This document shows, piece by piece, positions 1-11,700 of a stretch of DNA of 20,000 nt. The translations under genes were made by a program, and so were the position numbers. Under the pieces are notes generated by a model. It saw only the letters and a list, made by a program, of their open reading frames with translations, did not search any database and was not told the origin of the DNA. Source of the stretch: Mobula hypostoma (taxonomy: Eukaryota); NCBI RefSeq assembly GCF_963921235.1, contig NW_026948141.1, positions 235,061 to 255,060 on the forward strand, in the 5' to 3' direction. Within the stretch, counting starts at the first letter, position 1; each line of letters opens with the position of its first letter.

Positions 1-10
1 TAGAAACCTT

Positions 11-349
11 TTCCTGGCTTTACCCTTTCCCTTCCCACTCTAGCCTCTTACCTCTTCTCCTCATCTGCCTATCACCTCCCCATGGTGCCCCCTCCTCTTT
101 CCCTTTTTCCCATGGTCCACTCTCGTCTCCTATCAGATTTCCTCTTCTATCAGATTTCTTTTTCTCCAGCCCTTTACCTTTTCCTCCAATCACCTCCCCG
201 CTTCCTACTTCCTCCCCCACTCCCCCACGTACCCAGTCTCACCTATCACCTTCTAGCTTGCTCTCTTTTCCCTAACCCCAACTACTTATTCAAGCGCCTT
301 GCCCCTTCCTTTCCGATGAAGGGTCTCAGCCCGAAACTTTGACTGATTA
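11..349 (+). mobile_element. Penelope-like element (PLE) terminal segment, pyrimidine-rich, ending in a hammerhead-like motif; interrupted at ~349 by an RLE-type LINE
   Basis: CT-rich tract (ctatcacc, ctatcagatt, ctccagcccttt) followed by gatgaagggtctcagcccgaaac...gactg. From memory this is the layout of PLE termini in fish and elasmobranch genomes. The sequence resumes at 2365. No database search was done. Confidence 0.65.
313..345 (+). ncRNA. Degenerate minimal type I hammerhead ribozyme motif (PLE-associated), probably inactive
   Basis: CCGATGA-A-GGG-tctcag-CCC-GAAAC-TTT-gactg. Core boxes resemble CUGAUGA and GAAA and flank a GGG/CCC stem II. CUGAUGA reads CCGAUGA, the GUC/GUH triplet reads UUU, and the cagtc partner of gactg is missing. 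Confidence 0.5.
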
Positions 350-2364
350 TTTTTGTGTTAGCCATGGAGGTCATTGTGAGGGCTGCAGAATCAGTGGGAC
401 CAGGTGTCGCACTTGATGGCAGAGGGGAGTTACCACCAATATGAGCATTCATGGACGATTTCACCCTTTTGGGTCCCAGCAACGGAGGCAGTGGAAAATG
501 TACTATCTAGACTCGAGGAGCTAATGGATTGGGGAAGAATGAAGTTCAAGACCAAGAAGTCAAGGAGCCTTGTTCTTAGGAGAGGAAAGCTGGTTGACTT
601 TCATTTCACCCTTTGTGGAGAGGAGATTCCATCCATTCAGGACCAACCAGTTAAGAACCAGAGGAGCTGAGAGTCACCAAGAGGGTTCAAGAGACAGGAG
701 GACAGATCAGCAGAGGTCTGATGTCTGTTGACAAGCGTGGCTTGCCTGGCAAGTTGAAGTTGTGCTTGTAGTACAGACTGATGCCACAGATAATGTGGCC
801 ATTAACTGTCTGTGAAGTGGCAATGTCCCACGTTGAGGCAATGGAACGGAAGATCAACAAGTATGTGAAGAAGTGGCTTGGAGTACTGAGCAGCCTCACC
901 AATGTTGCAATCCACAATAGCCAGACAAAGCTTACCATCCCAGTGCAATCCCTTGTTGAGAAAGTCAAGGTAGCTAAGGTAAGATCATTCTTGATGCTTC
1001 GAGACTCAAAAGACCCTGTCATCAAGAACGCCCAGCCGGATGTGAGATCAGGCAGGAAGTGGTCAGCCCATGTAGCAGTTGATGAGGCAGAGTCTAGATT
1101 GAAGCACAAGGAGATGGTTGGGGCTACCCAGCTAAGCCGCCAGGGACTTGGATGGACAACCCACAAGTGGTGGTCATCTTCCACAGGTAAGGAGCTTGTA
1201 ACACAAGAAGTACGAGAGGTAGAAGAGGAGAAGAGGTTAGCTAAAACAGCTGGCCTGGCCAAACAAGGGGCTTGGACCTGGTGGGAAAGTGTTGAACAAC
1301 GACATCCATCTTGGAATGTTCTGTGGCAGATGGAACCACTCCGCATTTCTTTTCCACACAGAGCAATGTACGATCTGCTCCCAACACCTGCCAACCTCAG
1401 CACCTGGTATGAAGATAAGACAGACAGGTGTGCTGCTTGTGGCGAGAAGGGAAAATATTTTGAGTCCATGCAGAGTCAATCTTTCCAGTGGCATGTACAC
1501 TTGGAGACATAACAACGTTCTCAAAATTGTAACAGAAGTGGGTGAGCAGAGAGTACTTCAGCACAACTTATCTCATGCCCCATGCTGCACAGAACATCGC
1601 ATATCATTTGTGAAAGAAGGCTCCAAGTCAAGGGTGTACAGCGCAGGCTCACGATCAAGCATACTTTCCTCAGCCAATGATTGGTGTGTCAAGGCTGACC
1701 TGGATGGGAAAGGCAGTTTCCCGGAGCAAATAGCTTTCACCACATTGCGTCCAGATATAATCGTATGGTCTGACACCAGTAGAGAAGTGGTTATTGGTGA
1801 ACTCACAGTCCCCTGGGAAGACAACATCGATGAAGCCCATGAGCGCAAGTTAACCAAGTATGCAGAGTCAAGATCAGAGTGCAGAGACAGAGGGTGGAAG
1901 GTCTCATGCTATCCATTCGAAGTAGGCTGCCATGGGTTTATTGCGTTCACTTTCCAGAAGTGGCTGCGTGACCTTGGCTTCACTAGAAGAGAGATCAAGT
2001 CAACCAGCAGGGCTGTAGCTGAGGCAGCAGAGACAGGACCAGCATGGGTGTGGACCAAGTATGTCCAGAGGGGCAGAGAGTCGGACAGTGTATCCATCTT
2101 TTGCAAACCCTTCAGTAGTTGCATAGACACCTGAAGAGTAGACTATCTGTTGGATGGAAGCAACCAACAACTCTGATAGAGGCAGATGCCAAGTTTTTAA
2201 GCTCACCAGTGGGAGGTGGTGCTTTAGCACTGCTGATCCACCACCTCGAGGGAGCCTTGATCATAAGCGGGCCGAAACTCCTGAAGACAGGTGGCAGATC
2301 AACTGATGATCCCTCTGGTGATAGCACAGGACAGTTAACATCTTAGTCCACGTGTATTTTGTAA
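350..2364 (+). mobile_element. 5'-truncated non-LTR retrotransposon with restriction-like endonuclease (Hero/R2-group), including 3' UTR
   Basis: Domain order RT C-terminal half, zinc knuckle, then RLE. Starts abruptly inside RT (FVLAMEVIVRAA). About 230 nt of 3' UTR. Flanked on both sides by PLE-type sequence. Confidence 0.85.
352..2134 (+). pseudogene. Disrupted RT / Zn-knuckle / RLE polyprotein of the Hero-like element
   Basis: FMDD catalytic motif at 448-459, preceded by an in-frame TGA at 442-444. RMKFKTKKSRSLVL in ORF 404-670. KKWLG and YDLLPTPANL...CAACGEKG in ORF 781-1512. NILSPC...YTWRHN and RPDIIVW...ELTVPWE...KLTKY...PFEVGCHG in ORF 1289-2134. Several frameshifts; the His of the CCHC knuckle is lost at the ~1450 break. 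Confidence 0.85.
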
Positions 2365-2460
2365 CTCTTTCCCTCACTTGACTGACTTGCTGAGTTCCTC
2401 CAGCATTTTGTGTGTGTTGCCTGGATTTCCAGCATCTGCAGAACCTCCTGCATTTGTGAT
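2365..2460 (+). mobile_element. Continuation of the PLE terminal segment after the Hero-like insertion
   Basis: ctgacttgctgagttcctccagcattttgtgtgtgttgcctggatttccagcatctgcaga is, from memory, the sequence that follows the hammerhead motif in this repeat type. Confidence 0.65.
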
Positions 2461-2511
2461 CTGCTACCATTCTCTACCAGCTGCAGTTCCCTCATCTGTC
2501 ACCTTATCCTC

Positions 2512-2552
2512 GTGTGGGTGTGTGTGTGTTTGTGGGTGTGTGCGTGTGTGTG
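2512..2552. repeat. Imperfect (TG)n microsatellite
   Basis: gtgtgggtgtgtgtgtgtttgtgggtgtgtgcgtgtgtgtg seen directly. Confidence 0.9.
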
Positions 2553-3019
2553 CTCTGTCTCTCCCCTAACTGAAGGCTGGGCCTTGCGCCCAGCCCCCAT
2601 TCTGAGTCCTTTAACCTGTTCTCCTTTCTCTTTTAAGATGCTCCTAACAGCTATTTGTGGCTTGACTAAAATCCTTCTTTGTTTAATTCATTATTCATTG
2701 AAGGAAAGTGTGTTTCGCAGGCTGAGCCTGTCTTTAATTGCCTGACGCTGAGTTACCCTGGACAAAGTGGCGATGAGCTCTGTAGTCCTTGTGGTTTGGG
2801 TATCATTTTGTCCACAGGCTCCACTTTAATTTTGCTTCCTCTTGTGTGTATTGTGACCTTTCTGTGTTAAAAGCATTATATAAATGCAAATGACTGATGT
2901 TACCATGGTGCATTTGACAAGAGGAAGATTGTATCAGTCTGAAAAATTCTATTTCAGTGTTCATAAATAAGATATAAACTAATGTCCCTAGTTAAAGACT
3001 AAAAAGGGGCATCCTAGTA

Positions 3020-3297
3020 AAAGAAGCGACGTCCATTTACAACAAAGATGAGGAGGAATTTCTTTATCCAGAGGGTGGTGAATCTGTGGAATTCATTGCC
3101 ACAGACAGCTGTAGAGGCCAAATCATTGAGTATGTGTAAAGCAGAGGTTGATATGTTCTTGATTAGTCAGGGCGTCAAAGGTTACAGGGAGAAGGCAGAA
3201 GAATGGGGTTGAGAGGGATAATAAATCAGTCATGATGGAATGGTGGGGCAGACTTGATGGACCGAATGGCCTAATTCTGCTCCTGTCTTATGTTCTT
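3020..3297 (+). mobile_element. CR1 LINE 3' fragment (ORF2 C-terminus plus 3' UTR)
   Basis: Translates as MRRNFFIQRVVNLWNSLPQTAVEAKSL, the CR1 ORF2 C-terminal motif. Ends in the gatggaccgaatggcctaattctgctcct-type CR1 tail. Confidence 0.85.
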
Positions 3298-3304
3298 ACA
3301 GAAT

Positions 3305-3643
3305 ACTTGCCCCTCAGGTCCTCTTAAATCTCTTCCTTAAAACCGTGCCCTCTAGTTTTAGACTCCCCTACCCTCGGGAAAATCCTTTGACTTATCTTTG
3401 CCTCTCATTACTAACCGTAACCCATGACCTCTGGTTGTAGTCCCACCCAACCTCAGTGGAAAAAGCCTGCTTGCCTTTACCCTATCTATATCCCTCGTAA
3501 TTTTGCATACCTGTATCAAATCTCCTCTCAGTCTTCTACATTCTGAAGAATATAGTCTTAACCTATTCAATCATTACTCATAACTCAAGTCCTCTAGACG
3601 CGACAACATCCTCGTAAGTTTTCTCTGTACCCTTTCAACCTTG
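3305..3643 (-). mobile_element. Degraded CR1 fragments, probably two joined near 3410
   Basis: ORF 3358-3570 (RLRLYSSECRRLRGDLIQVCKI...RLFPLRLGGTTTRGHGL) is homologous to the C-terminal part of the ORF at 4286-5683. cctcagtggaaaaagcctgcttgc is shared between ~3451 and ~4397. Confidence 0.85.
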
Positions 3644-3764
3644 AAAAGGAAAATAAAAGGCACCACACATCAAAGTCCAATCTCTTCGTGCACAAACAGT
3701 TGGAGCTCAAGGACCTTCTTCTTCACCCTGCGACCCCTCGGACCACCTCGACCGGCCGCCACTA

Positions 3765-3945
3765 TGGAGTAGTCAGTATGTGGAATGAGCTGCCAGACGT
3801 AAGAACAGCAACAACATTGAACAATGTCTGATTGATCAGGGCACAGAGGGATGTGGGATTCACCCAAGTAAGTTGGATTAGTGTCAGTGAGCTTGATGTT
3901 CAGCATAGATATGGTGGGCCGAAGGGCCTGTGGCAACGTCCTATG
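3765..3945 (+). mobile_element. Old CR1 3' fragment
   Basis: tatgtggaatgagctgccaga (WNELP) and a tail-like atggtgggccgaagggcctgt. Heavily diverged; boundaries approximate. Confidence 0.6.
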
Positions 3946-4084
3946 TCAATGTTGGCTGCTCATTCAGAATTGGGTTTATTATCACTGACACGATGTGAGC
4001 TTTATTGTTTTGTAGCAACAGTGCCATGCAAGTTTCAAAACTTATGAGAGACCTAGATGGGGTTTATAGTCAGAATCTCTTTCC

Positions 4085-5684
4085 ATAGAAAAACTACAGA
4101 ACCATAGAAACTGCAGCACAGAAACAGGCCCTTTGGCCCTTCTTGGCTGTGCCGAACCATTTTCTGCCTAGTCCCACTGACCTGCACACAGACCATATCC
4201 CTCCATACACCTCCCATCCATGTATCTGTCCAATTTATTCTTAAATGTTAAAAAAGAACCCGCATTTACCACCTCATCTGGCAGCTCATTCCATACTCCC
4301 ACCACTCTCTGTGTGAAGAAGCGCCCCCCCAATGTTCCCTTTAAACTTTTCCCCCCTCACCCTTAACCCATGTCCTCTGGTTTTTTTCTCCCCTTGCCTC
4401 AGTGGAAAAAGCCTGCTTGCATTCACTCTATCTATACCCATCATAATTTTATATACCTCTATCAAATCTCCCCTCATTCTTCTACGCTCCAGGGAATAAA
4501 GTCCTAACCTATTCAACCTTTCTCTGTAACTGAGTTTCTCAAGTCCCGGCAACATCCTTGTAAACCTTCTCTGCACTCTTTCAACCTTATTTATATCCTT
4601 CCTGTAATTTGGTGACCAAAACTGAACACAATACTCCAGATCCGGCCTCACCAGTGCCTTATACAACCTCATCATAACATTCCAGCTCTTATACTCAATA
4701 CTTCGATTAATAAAGGCCAATGTACCAAAAGCTCTCTTTACGACCCTATCTACCTGTGACGACACCTTTAGGGAATTTTGTATCTGTATTCCCAGATCCC
4801 TCTGTTCCACTGCACTCCTCAGTGCCTTACCATTAACCCTGTATGTTCTACCTTGGTTTGTCCTTCCAACGTGCAATACCTCACACTTGTCAGTATTAAA
4901 CTCCATCTGCCATTTTTCAGCCCAATTTTCCAGCTGGTCCAAGTCCCTCTGCAGGCTCTGAAAACCTTCCTCATTGTCTACTACACCTCCAATCTTTGTA
5001 TCATCAGCAAACTTGCTGATCCAATTTACCACATTATCATCCAGATCATTGATATAGATGACAAATAACAATGGACCCAGCACTGATCCCTGTGGCACAC
5101 CACTAGTCACAGGCCTCCACTCAGAGAAGCAATTCTCTACCACCACTCTCTGGCTTCTTCCATCGAGCCAATGTCCAATCCAATTTACCACCTCTTCATG
5201 TATACCTAGCGACTGAATTTTCCTAACTAACCTCCCATGCGGGACCTTGTCAAAGGCCTTACTGAAGTCCATGTAGACAATATCCACTGCCTTCCCTTCA
5301 TCCACTTTCCTGGTAACCTCCTTGAAAAACTCCAATAGATTGGTCAAACATGACCTACCATGCACAAAGCCATGTTGACTCTCCCTAATAAGCCCTTGTC
5401 TATCCAAATGCTTGTAGATTCTGTCTCTTAGTACTCCCTCCAATAACTTACCTACTACTGACGTTAAACTCACCGGCCTATAATTTCCCGGATTACTTTT
5501 CGATCCTTTTTTAAACAACGGAACAACATGAGCCACTCTCCAATCCTCCGGCACCCCACCTGTAGACAGCGACATTTTAAATATTTCTGCCAGGGCCCCC
5601 GCAATTTCAACACCAGTCTCCTTCAAGGTCCGAGGGAACACCCTGTCAGGTCCCGGGGATTTATCCACTTTAATTTTCCTCAAG
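4085..5684 (-). mobile_element. Young 5'-truncated CR1 LINE with 3' UTR and short-repeat tail
   Basis: Long RT ORF, 3' UTR at ~4110-4200 and a catagaa-type repeated tail at 4084-4110. Candidate target-site duplication ATAGA at 4085-4089 and 5685-5689. Confidence 0.93.
4286..5683 (-). pseudogene. CR1 ORF2 reverse transcriptase, N-terminally truncated (no endonuclease) with a C-terminal frameshift
   Basis: KSPGPD, NYRPVSLTS, QHGF, YMDFSKAFDKVPH, GVPQGSVLGP, KFADDTK and RRMRGDLIEVYK are all in one frame. The expected FFTQRVVGVWNELP continues in another frame after ~4325. There is no real start codon. Confidence 0.92.
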
Positions 5685-5771
5685 ATAGAGTAGAGTTGTC
5701 AAACATAAGTTGGAATCAAGACCAACACAACAGCATGAACCAAGTTGCCCATCCATTGCTGTTCTATTCTC

Positions 5772-8700
5772 CTACTTAAGCCGATTACCAGCAACAGCTC
5801 ACCACAGTCCTCTATCCTGGGCCGATTGAAGATTGATCAACCCCTGTGGGTTCTGATTTCACCACGTGACTTCATATGCCTTCCAGGCAAAGACCTTTTC
5901 TCTCCGAAGGATGAGATCTTTGGAGCTTCTGTTTCTGTTTCTGTAGCTCTGGGTTTTTACAGGATGGGGTTGCTAGTGCCATGTTCAACTCTCCTCCTTT
6001 CACAGCCGGGTTTGGGACTGTCCATGGGGAGTTCATACCCGTTCCTCCTCCTTTCACAGCCAGGTTTGGGACTGTCCATGGGGAGTTCATACCCAACCCT
6101 CCTCCTTTCACAGCCGGGTTTGGGACTGTCCTTGGGGAGTTCATACCCAACCATCCTCCTTTCACAGCCGGATTTGGGACTTTCCATGGGGAGTTCATAC
6201 CTGTTCCTCCTCCTTTCACAGCCGGGTTTGGGACTGTCCATGGGGAGTTCATACCCGACCCTTCTCCTTTCACAGCCGGGTTTGGGACTGTCCATGGGGA
6301 GTTCATACCCGTTCCTCCTCGTTTCACAGCCAGGTTTGGGACTGTCCATGGGGAGTTCATACCCGTTCCTCCTCCTGTCACAGCCAGGTTTGGGACTGTC
6401 CATGGGGAGTTCATACCCAACCCTCCTCCTTTCACAGCCAGGTTTGGGACTGTCCTTGGGGAGTTCATACCCAACCATCCTCCTTTCACAGCCGGATTTG
6501 GGACTTTCCATGGGGAGTTCATACCTGTTCCTCCTCCTTTCACAGCCGGGTTTGGGACTGTCCATGGGGAGTTCATACCCGACCCTTCTCCTTTCACAGC
6601 CAGGTTTGGGACTGTCCATGGGGAGTTCATACCCAACCCTCCTCCTTTCACAGCCAGGTTTGGGACTGTCCATGGGGTTCATACCCCCTCCTCCTTTCAC
6701 AGCCGGGTTTGGGACTGTTCATGGGGAGTTCATACCCAACCCTCCTCCTTTCACAGCCGGTTTGGACTGTAGGTCAGCCGTTTGGGACTCATGGGGAGTT
6801 CATACCCGTTCCTCCTCCTTTCACAGCCGGGTTTGGGACTGTCCATGGGGAGTTCATACCCAACCCTCCTCCTTTCACGTTCATACCCGTTCCTCCTCCT
6901 TTCACAGCCGGGTTTGGGACTGTCCATGGGGAGTTCATACCCAACCCTCCTCCTTTCACAGCCGGGTTTGGGACTGTCCATGGGGAGTTCATACCCAACC
7001 CTCCTCCTTTCACAGCCGGGTTTGGGACTGTCCATGGGGAGTTCATACCCAACCCTCCTCCTTTCACAGCCGGGTTTGGGACTGTCCATGGGGAGTTCAT
7101 ACCCAACCCTCCTCCTTTCACAGCCGGGTTTGGGACTGTCCATGGGGAGTTCATACCCGTTCCTCCTCCTTTCACAGCCGGGTTTGGGACTGTCCAGGGG
7201 AGTTCATACCCGTTCCTCCTCCTTTCACAGCCGGGTTTGGGACTGTCCATGGGGAGTTCATACCCAACCCTCCTCCTTTCACAGCCGGGTTTGGGACTGT
7301 CCATGGGGAGTTCATACCCAACCCTCCTCCTTTCACAGCCGGGTTTGGGACTGTCCATGGGGAGTTCATACCCAACCCTCCTCCTTTCACAGCCGGGTTT
7401 GGGACTGTCCATGGGGAGTTCATACCCAACCCTCCTCCTTTCACAGCCAGGTTTGGGACTGTCCATGGGGAGTTCATACCCGTTCCTCCTCCTTTCACAG
7501 CCGAGTTTGGGACTGTCGATGGGGAGTTCATACCCGTTCCTCCTCCTTTCACAGCCGGGTTTGGGACTGTCCATGGGGAGTTCATACCCGTTCCTCCTCC
7601 TTTCACAGCCAGGTTTGGGACTGTCCATGGGGAGTTCATACCCGTTCCTCCTCCTTTCACAGCCGGGTTTGGGACTGTCGATGGGGAGTTCATACCCGTT
7701 CCTCCTCCTTTCACAGCCGGGTTTGGGACTGTCCATGCAGAGTTCATACCCGTTCCTCCTCCTTTCACAGCCGGGTTTGGGACTGTCCATGGGGAGTTCA
7801 TACCCGTTCCTCCTCCTTTCACAGCCGGGTTTGGGACTGTCGATGGGGAGTTCATACCCGTTCCTCCTCCTTTCACAGCCGGGTTTGGGACTGTCCATGC
7901 GGAGTTCATACCCAACCCTCCTCCTTTCACAGCCAGGTTTGGGACTGTCCATGGGGAGTTCATACCCGTTCCTCCTCCTTTCACAGCCGTGTTTGTGACT
8001 GTCGATGGGGAGTTCATACCCGTTCCTCCTCCTTTCACAGCCGGGTTTGGGACTGTCCATGCGGAGTTCATACCCAACCCTCCTCCTTTCACAGCCGGGA
8101 TTGGGACTGTCCATGGGGAGTTCATACCCGTTCCTCCTCCTTTCACAGCCGGGTTTGGGACTGTCCATGGGGAGTTCATACCCAACTCTCCTCCTTTCAC
8201 AGCCGGGTTTGGGACTGTCCATGGGGAGTTCATACCCGTTCCTCCTCCTTTCACAGCCGGGTTTGGGACTGTCCATGGGGAGTTCATACCTGTTCCTCCT
8301 CCTTTCACAGCCGGGTTTGGGACTGTCCATGGGGAGTTCATACCCGTTCCTCCTCCTTTCACAGCCGGGTTTGGGACTGTCCATGGGGAGTTCATACCCG
8401 TTCCTCCTCCTTTCACAGCCGGGTTTGGGACTGTCGATGGGGAGTTCATACCCGTTCCTCCTCCTTTCACAGCCGGGTTTGGGACTGTCCATGCGGAGTT
8501 CATACCCAACCCTCCTCCTTTCACAGCCGGGTTTGGGACTGTCCATGGGGAGTTCATACCCGTTCCTCCTCCTTTCACAGCCGGGTTTGGGACTGTCCAT
8601 GGGGAGTTCATACCCGTTCCTCCTCCTTTCACAGCCGGGTTTGGGACTGTCCATGGGGAGTTCATACCCAACCCTCCTCCTTTCACAGCCGGATTTGGGA

Positions 8701-11700
8701 TTTTCCATGGGGAGTTCATACCTGTTCCTCCTCCTTTCACAGCCGGGTTTGGGTCTGTCCATGGGGAGTTCATACCCGACCCTTCTCCTTTCACAGCCAG
8801 GTTTGGGACTGTCCATGGGGAGTTCATACCCAAGCCTCCTCCTTTCACAGCCAGGTTTGGGACTGTCCATGGGGAGTTCATACCCAACCCTCCTCCTTTC
8901 ACAGCCGGGTTTGTGACTGTCCATGGGGAGTTCATACCCAACCCTCCTCCTTTCACAGCCGGGTTTGGGACTGTCCATGGGGAGTTCATACCCAACCCTC
9001 CTCCTTTCACAGCCGGGTTTGGGACTGTCCATGGGGAGTTCATACCCGTTCCTCCTCCTTTCACAGCCGGGTTTGGGACTGTCCATGGGGAGTTCATACC
9101 CGTTCCTCCTCCTTTCACAGCCGGGTTTGGGACTGTCCATGGGGAGTTCATACCCGTTCCTCCTCCTTTCACAGCCGGGTTTGGGACTGTCCATGGGGAG
9201 TTCATACCCAACCCTCCTCCTTTCACAGCCGGGTTTGGGACTGTCCATGGGGAGTTCATACCCAACCCTCCTCCTTTCACAGCCGGGTTTGGGACTGTCC
9301 ATGGGGAGTTCATACCCGTTCCTCCTCCTTTCACAGCCAGGTTTGGGACTGTCCATGGGGAGTTCATACCCGTTCCTCCTCCTTTCACAGCCGGGTTTGG
9401 GACTGTCGATGGGGAGTTCATACCCGTTCCTCCTCCTTTCACAGCCGGGTTTGGGACTGTCCATGCGGAGTTCATACCCGTTCCTCCTCCTTTCACAGCC
9501 GGGTTTGGGACTGTCCATGGGGAGTTCATACCCGTTCCTCCTCCTTTCACAGCCGGGTTTGGGACTGTCCATGCGGAGTTCATACCCAACCCTCCTCCTT
9601 TCACAGCCGGGTTTGGGACTGTCCATGGGGAGTTCATACCCGTTCCTCCTCCTTTCACAGCCGGGTTTGGGACTGTCCATGGGGAGTTCATACCCAACTC
9701 TCCTCCTTTCACAGCCGGGTTTGGGACTGTCCATGGGGAGTTCATACCCGTTCCTCCTCCTTTCACAGCCGGGTTTGGGACTGTCCATGGGGAGTTCATA
9801 CCTGTTCCTCCTCCTTTCACAGCCGGGTTTGGGACTGTCCATGGGGAGTTCATACCCGTTCCTCCTCCTTTCACAGCCGGGTTTGGGACTGTCCATGGGG
9901 AGTTCATACCCGTTCCTCCTCCTTTCACAGCCGGGTTTGGGACTGTCGATGGGGAGTTCATACCCGTTCCTCCTCCTTTCACAGCCGGGTTTGGGACTGT
10001 CCATGCGGAGTTCATACCCAACCCTCCTCCTTTCACAGCCGGGTTTGGGACTGTCCATGGGGAGTTCATACCCGTTCCTCCTCCTTTCACAGCCGGGTTT
10101 GGGACTGTCGATGGGGAGTTCATACCCGTTCCTCCTCCTTTCACAGCCGGGTTTGGGACTGTCCATGCGGAGTTCATACCCAACCCTCCTCCTTTCACAG
10201 CCGGGTTTGGGACTGTCCATGGGGAGTTCATACCCGTTCCTCCTCCTTTCACAGCCGGGTTTGGGACTGTCCATGGGGAGTTCATACCCAACTCTCCTCC
10301 TTTCACAGCCGGGTTTGGGACTGTCCATGGGGAGTTCATACCCGTTCCTCCTCCTTTCACAGCCGGGTTTGGGACTGTCCATGGGGAGTTCATACCTGTT
10401 CCTCCTCCTTTCACAGCCGGGTTTGGGACTGTCCATGGGGAGTTCATACCCGTTCCTCCTCCTTTCACAGCCGGGTTTGGGACTGTCCATGGGGAGTTCA
10501 TACCCGTTCCTCCTCCTTTCACAGTCAGGTTTGGGACTGTCCATGGGGAGTTCATACCCGTTCCTCCACCTTTCACAGCCGGGTTTGGGACTGTCGATGG
10601 GGAGTTCATACCCGTTCCTCCTCCTTTCACAGCCGGGTTTGGGACTGTCCATGCGGAGTTCATACCCGTTCCTCCTCCTTTCACAGCCGGGTTTGGGACT
10701 GTCCATGGGGAGTTCATACCCGTTCCTCCTCCTTTCACAGCCGGGTTTGGGACTGTCCATGGGGAGTTCATACCCGTTCCTCCTCCTTTCACAGCCGGGT
10801 TTGGGACTGTCCATGGGGAGTTCATACCCAACCCTCCTCCTTTCACAGCCGGGTTTGGGACTGTCCATGGGGAGTTCATACCCGTTCCTCCTCCTTTCAC
10901 AGCCGGGTTTGGGACTGTCCATGGGGAGTTCATACCCGTTCCTCCTCCTTTCACAGCCGGGTTTGGGACTGTCCATGGGGAGTTCATACCCAACCCTCCT
11001 CCTTTCACAGCTGGGTTTGGGACTGTCCATGGGGAGTTCATACCCAACCCTCCTCCTTTCACAGCCGGGTTTGGGACTGTCCATGGGGAGTTCATACCCG
11101 TTCCTCCTCCTTTCACAGCCGAGTTTGGGACTGTCCATGTGGAGTTCATACCCAACCCTCCTCCTTTCACAGCTGGGTTTGGGACTGTCCATGGGGAGTT
11201 CATACCCAACCCTCCTCCTTTCACAGCCGGGTTTGGGACTGTCCATGGGGAGTTCATACCCAACTCTCCTCCTTTCACAGCCGGGTTTGGGACTGTCCAT
11301 GGGGAGTTCATACCCGTTCCTCCTCCTTTCACAGCCGAGTTTGGGACTGTCCATGTGGGAGTTCTATCCGTTCATACCCAACCCTCCTCCTTTCACAGCT
11401 GGGTTTGGGACTGTCCATGGGGAGTTCATACCCAACCCTCCTCCTTTCACAGCCGGGTTTGGGACTGTCCATGGGGAGTTCATACCAAACCCTCCTCCTT
11501 TCACAGCCGGGTTTGGGACTGTCCATGGGGAGTTCATACCCGTTCCTCCTCCTTTCACAGCCGGGTTTGGGACTGTCCATGTGGAGTTCATACACGTTCC
11601 TCCTCCTTTCACAGCTGGGTTTGGGACTGTCCATGGGGAGTTCATACCCAACCCTCCTCCTTTCACAGCCGGGTTTGGGACTGTCCATGGGGAGTTCATA

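Noticed and set aside
687..2470. Minus-strand ORFs over the Hero-like element and plus-strand ORFs over the CR1
   Set aside because: These are antisense shadows of retroelement coding sequence with no recognisable motifs.
3960..4040. Possible 3' tail of another minus-strand LINE/SINE (tcagaattgggtttattatcactgac)
   Set aside because: Too short and diverged to assign without a database search.
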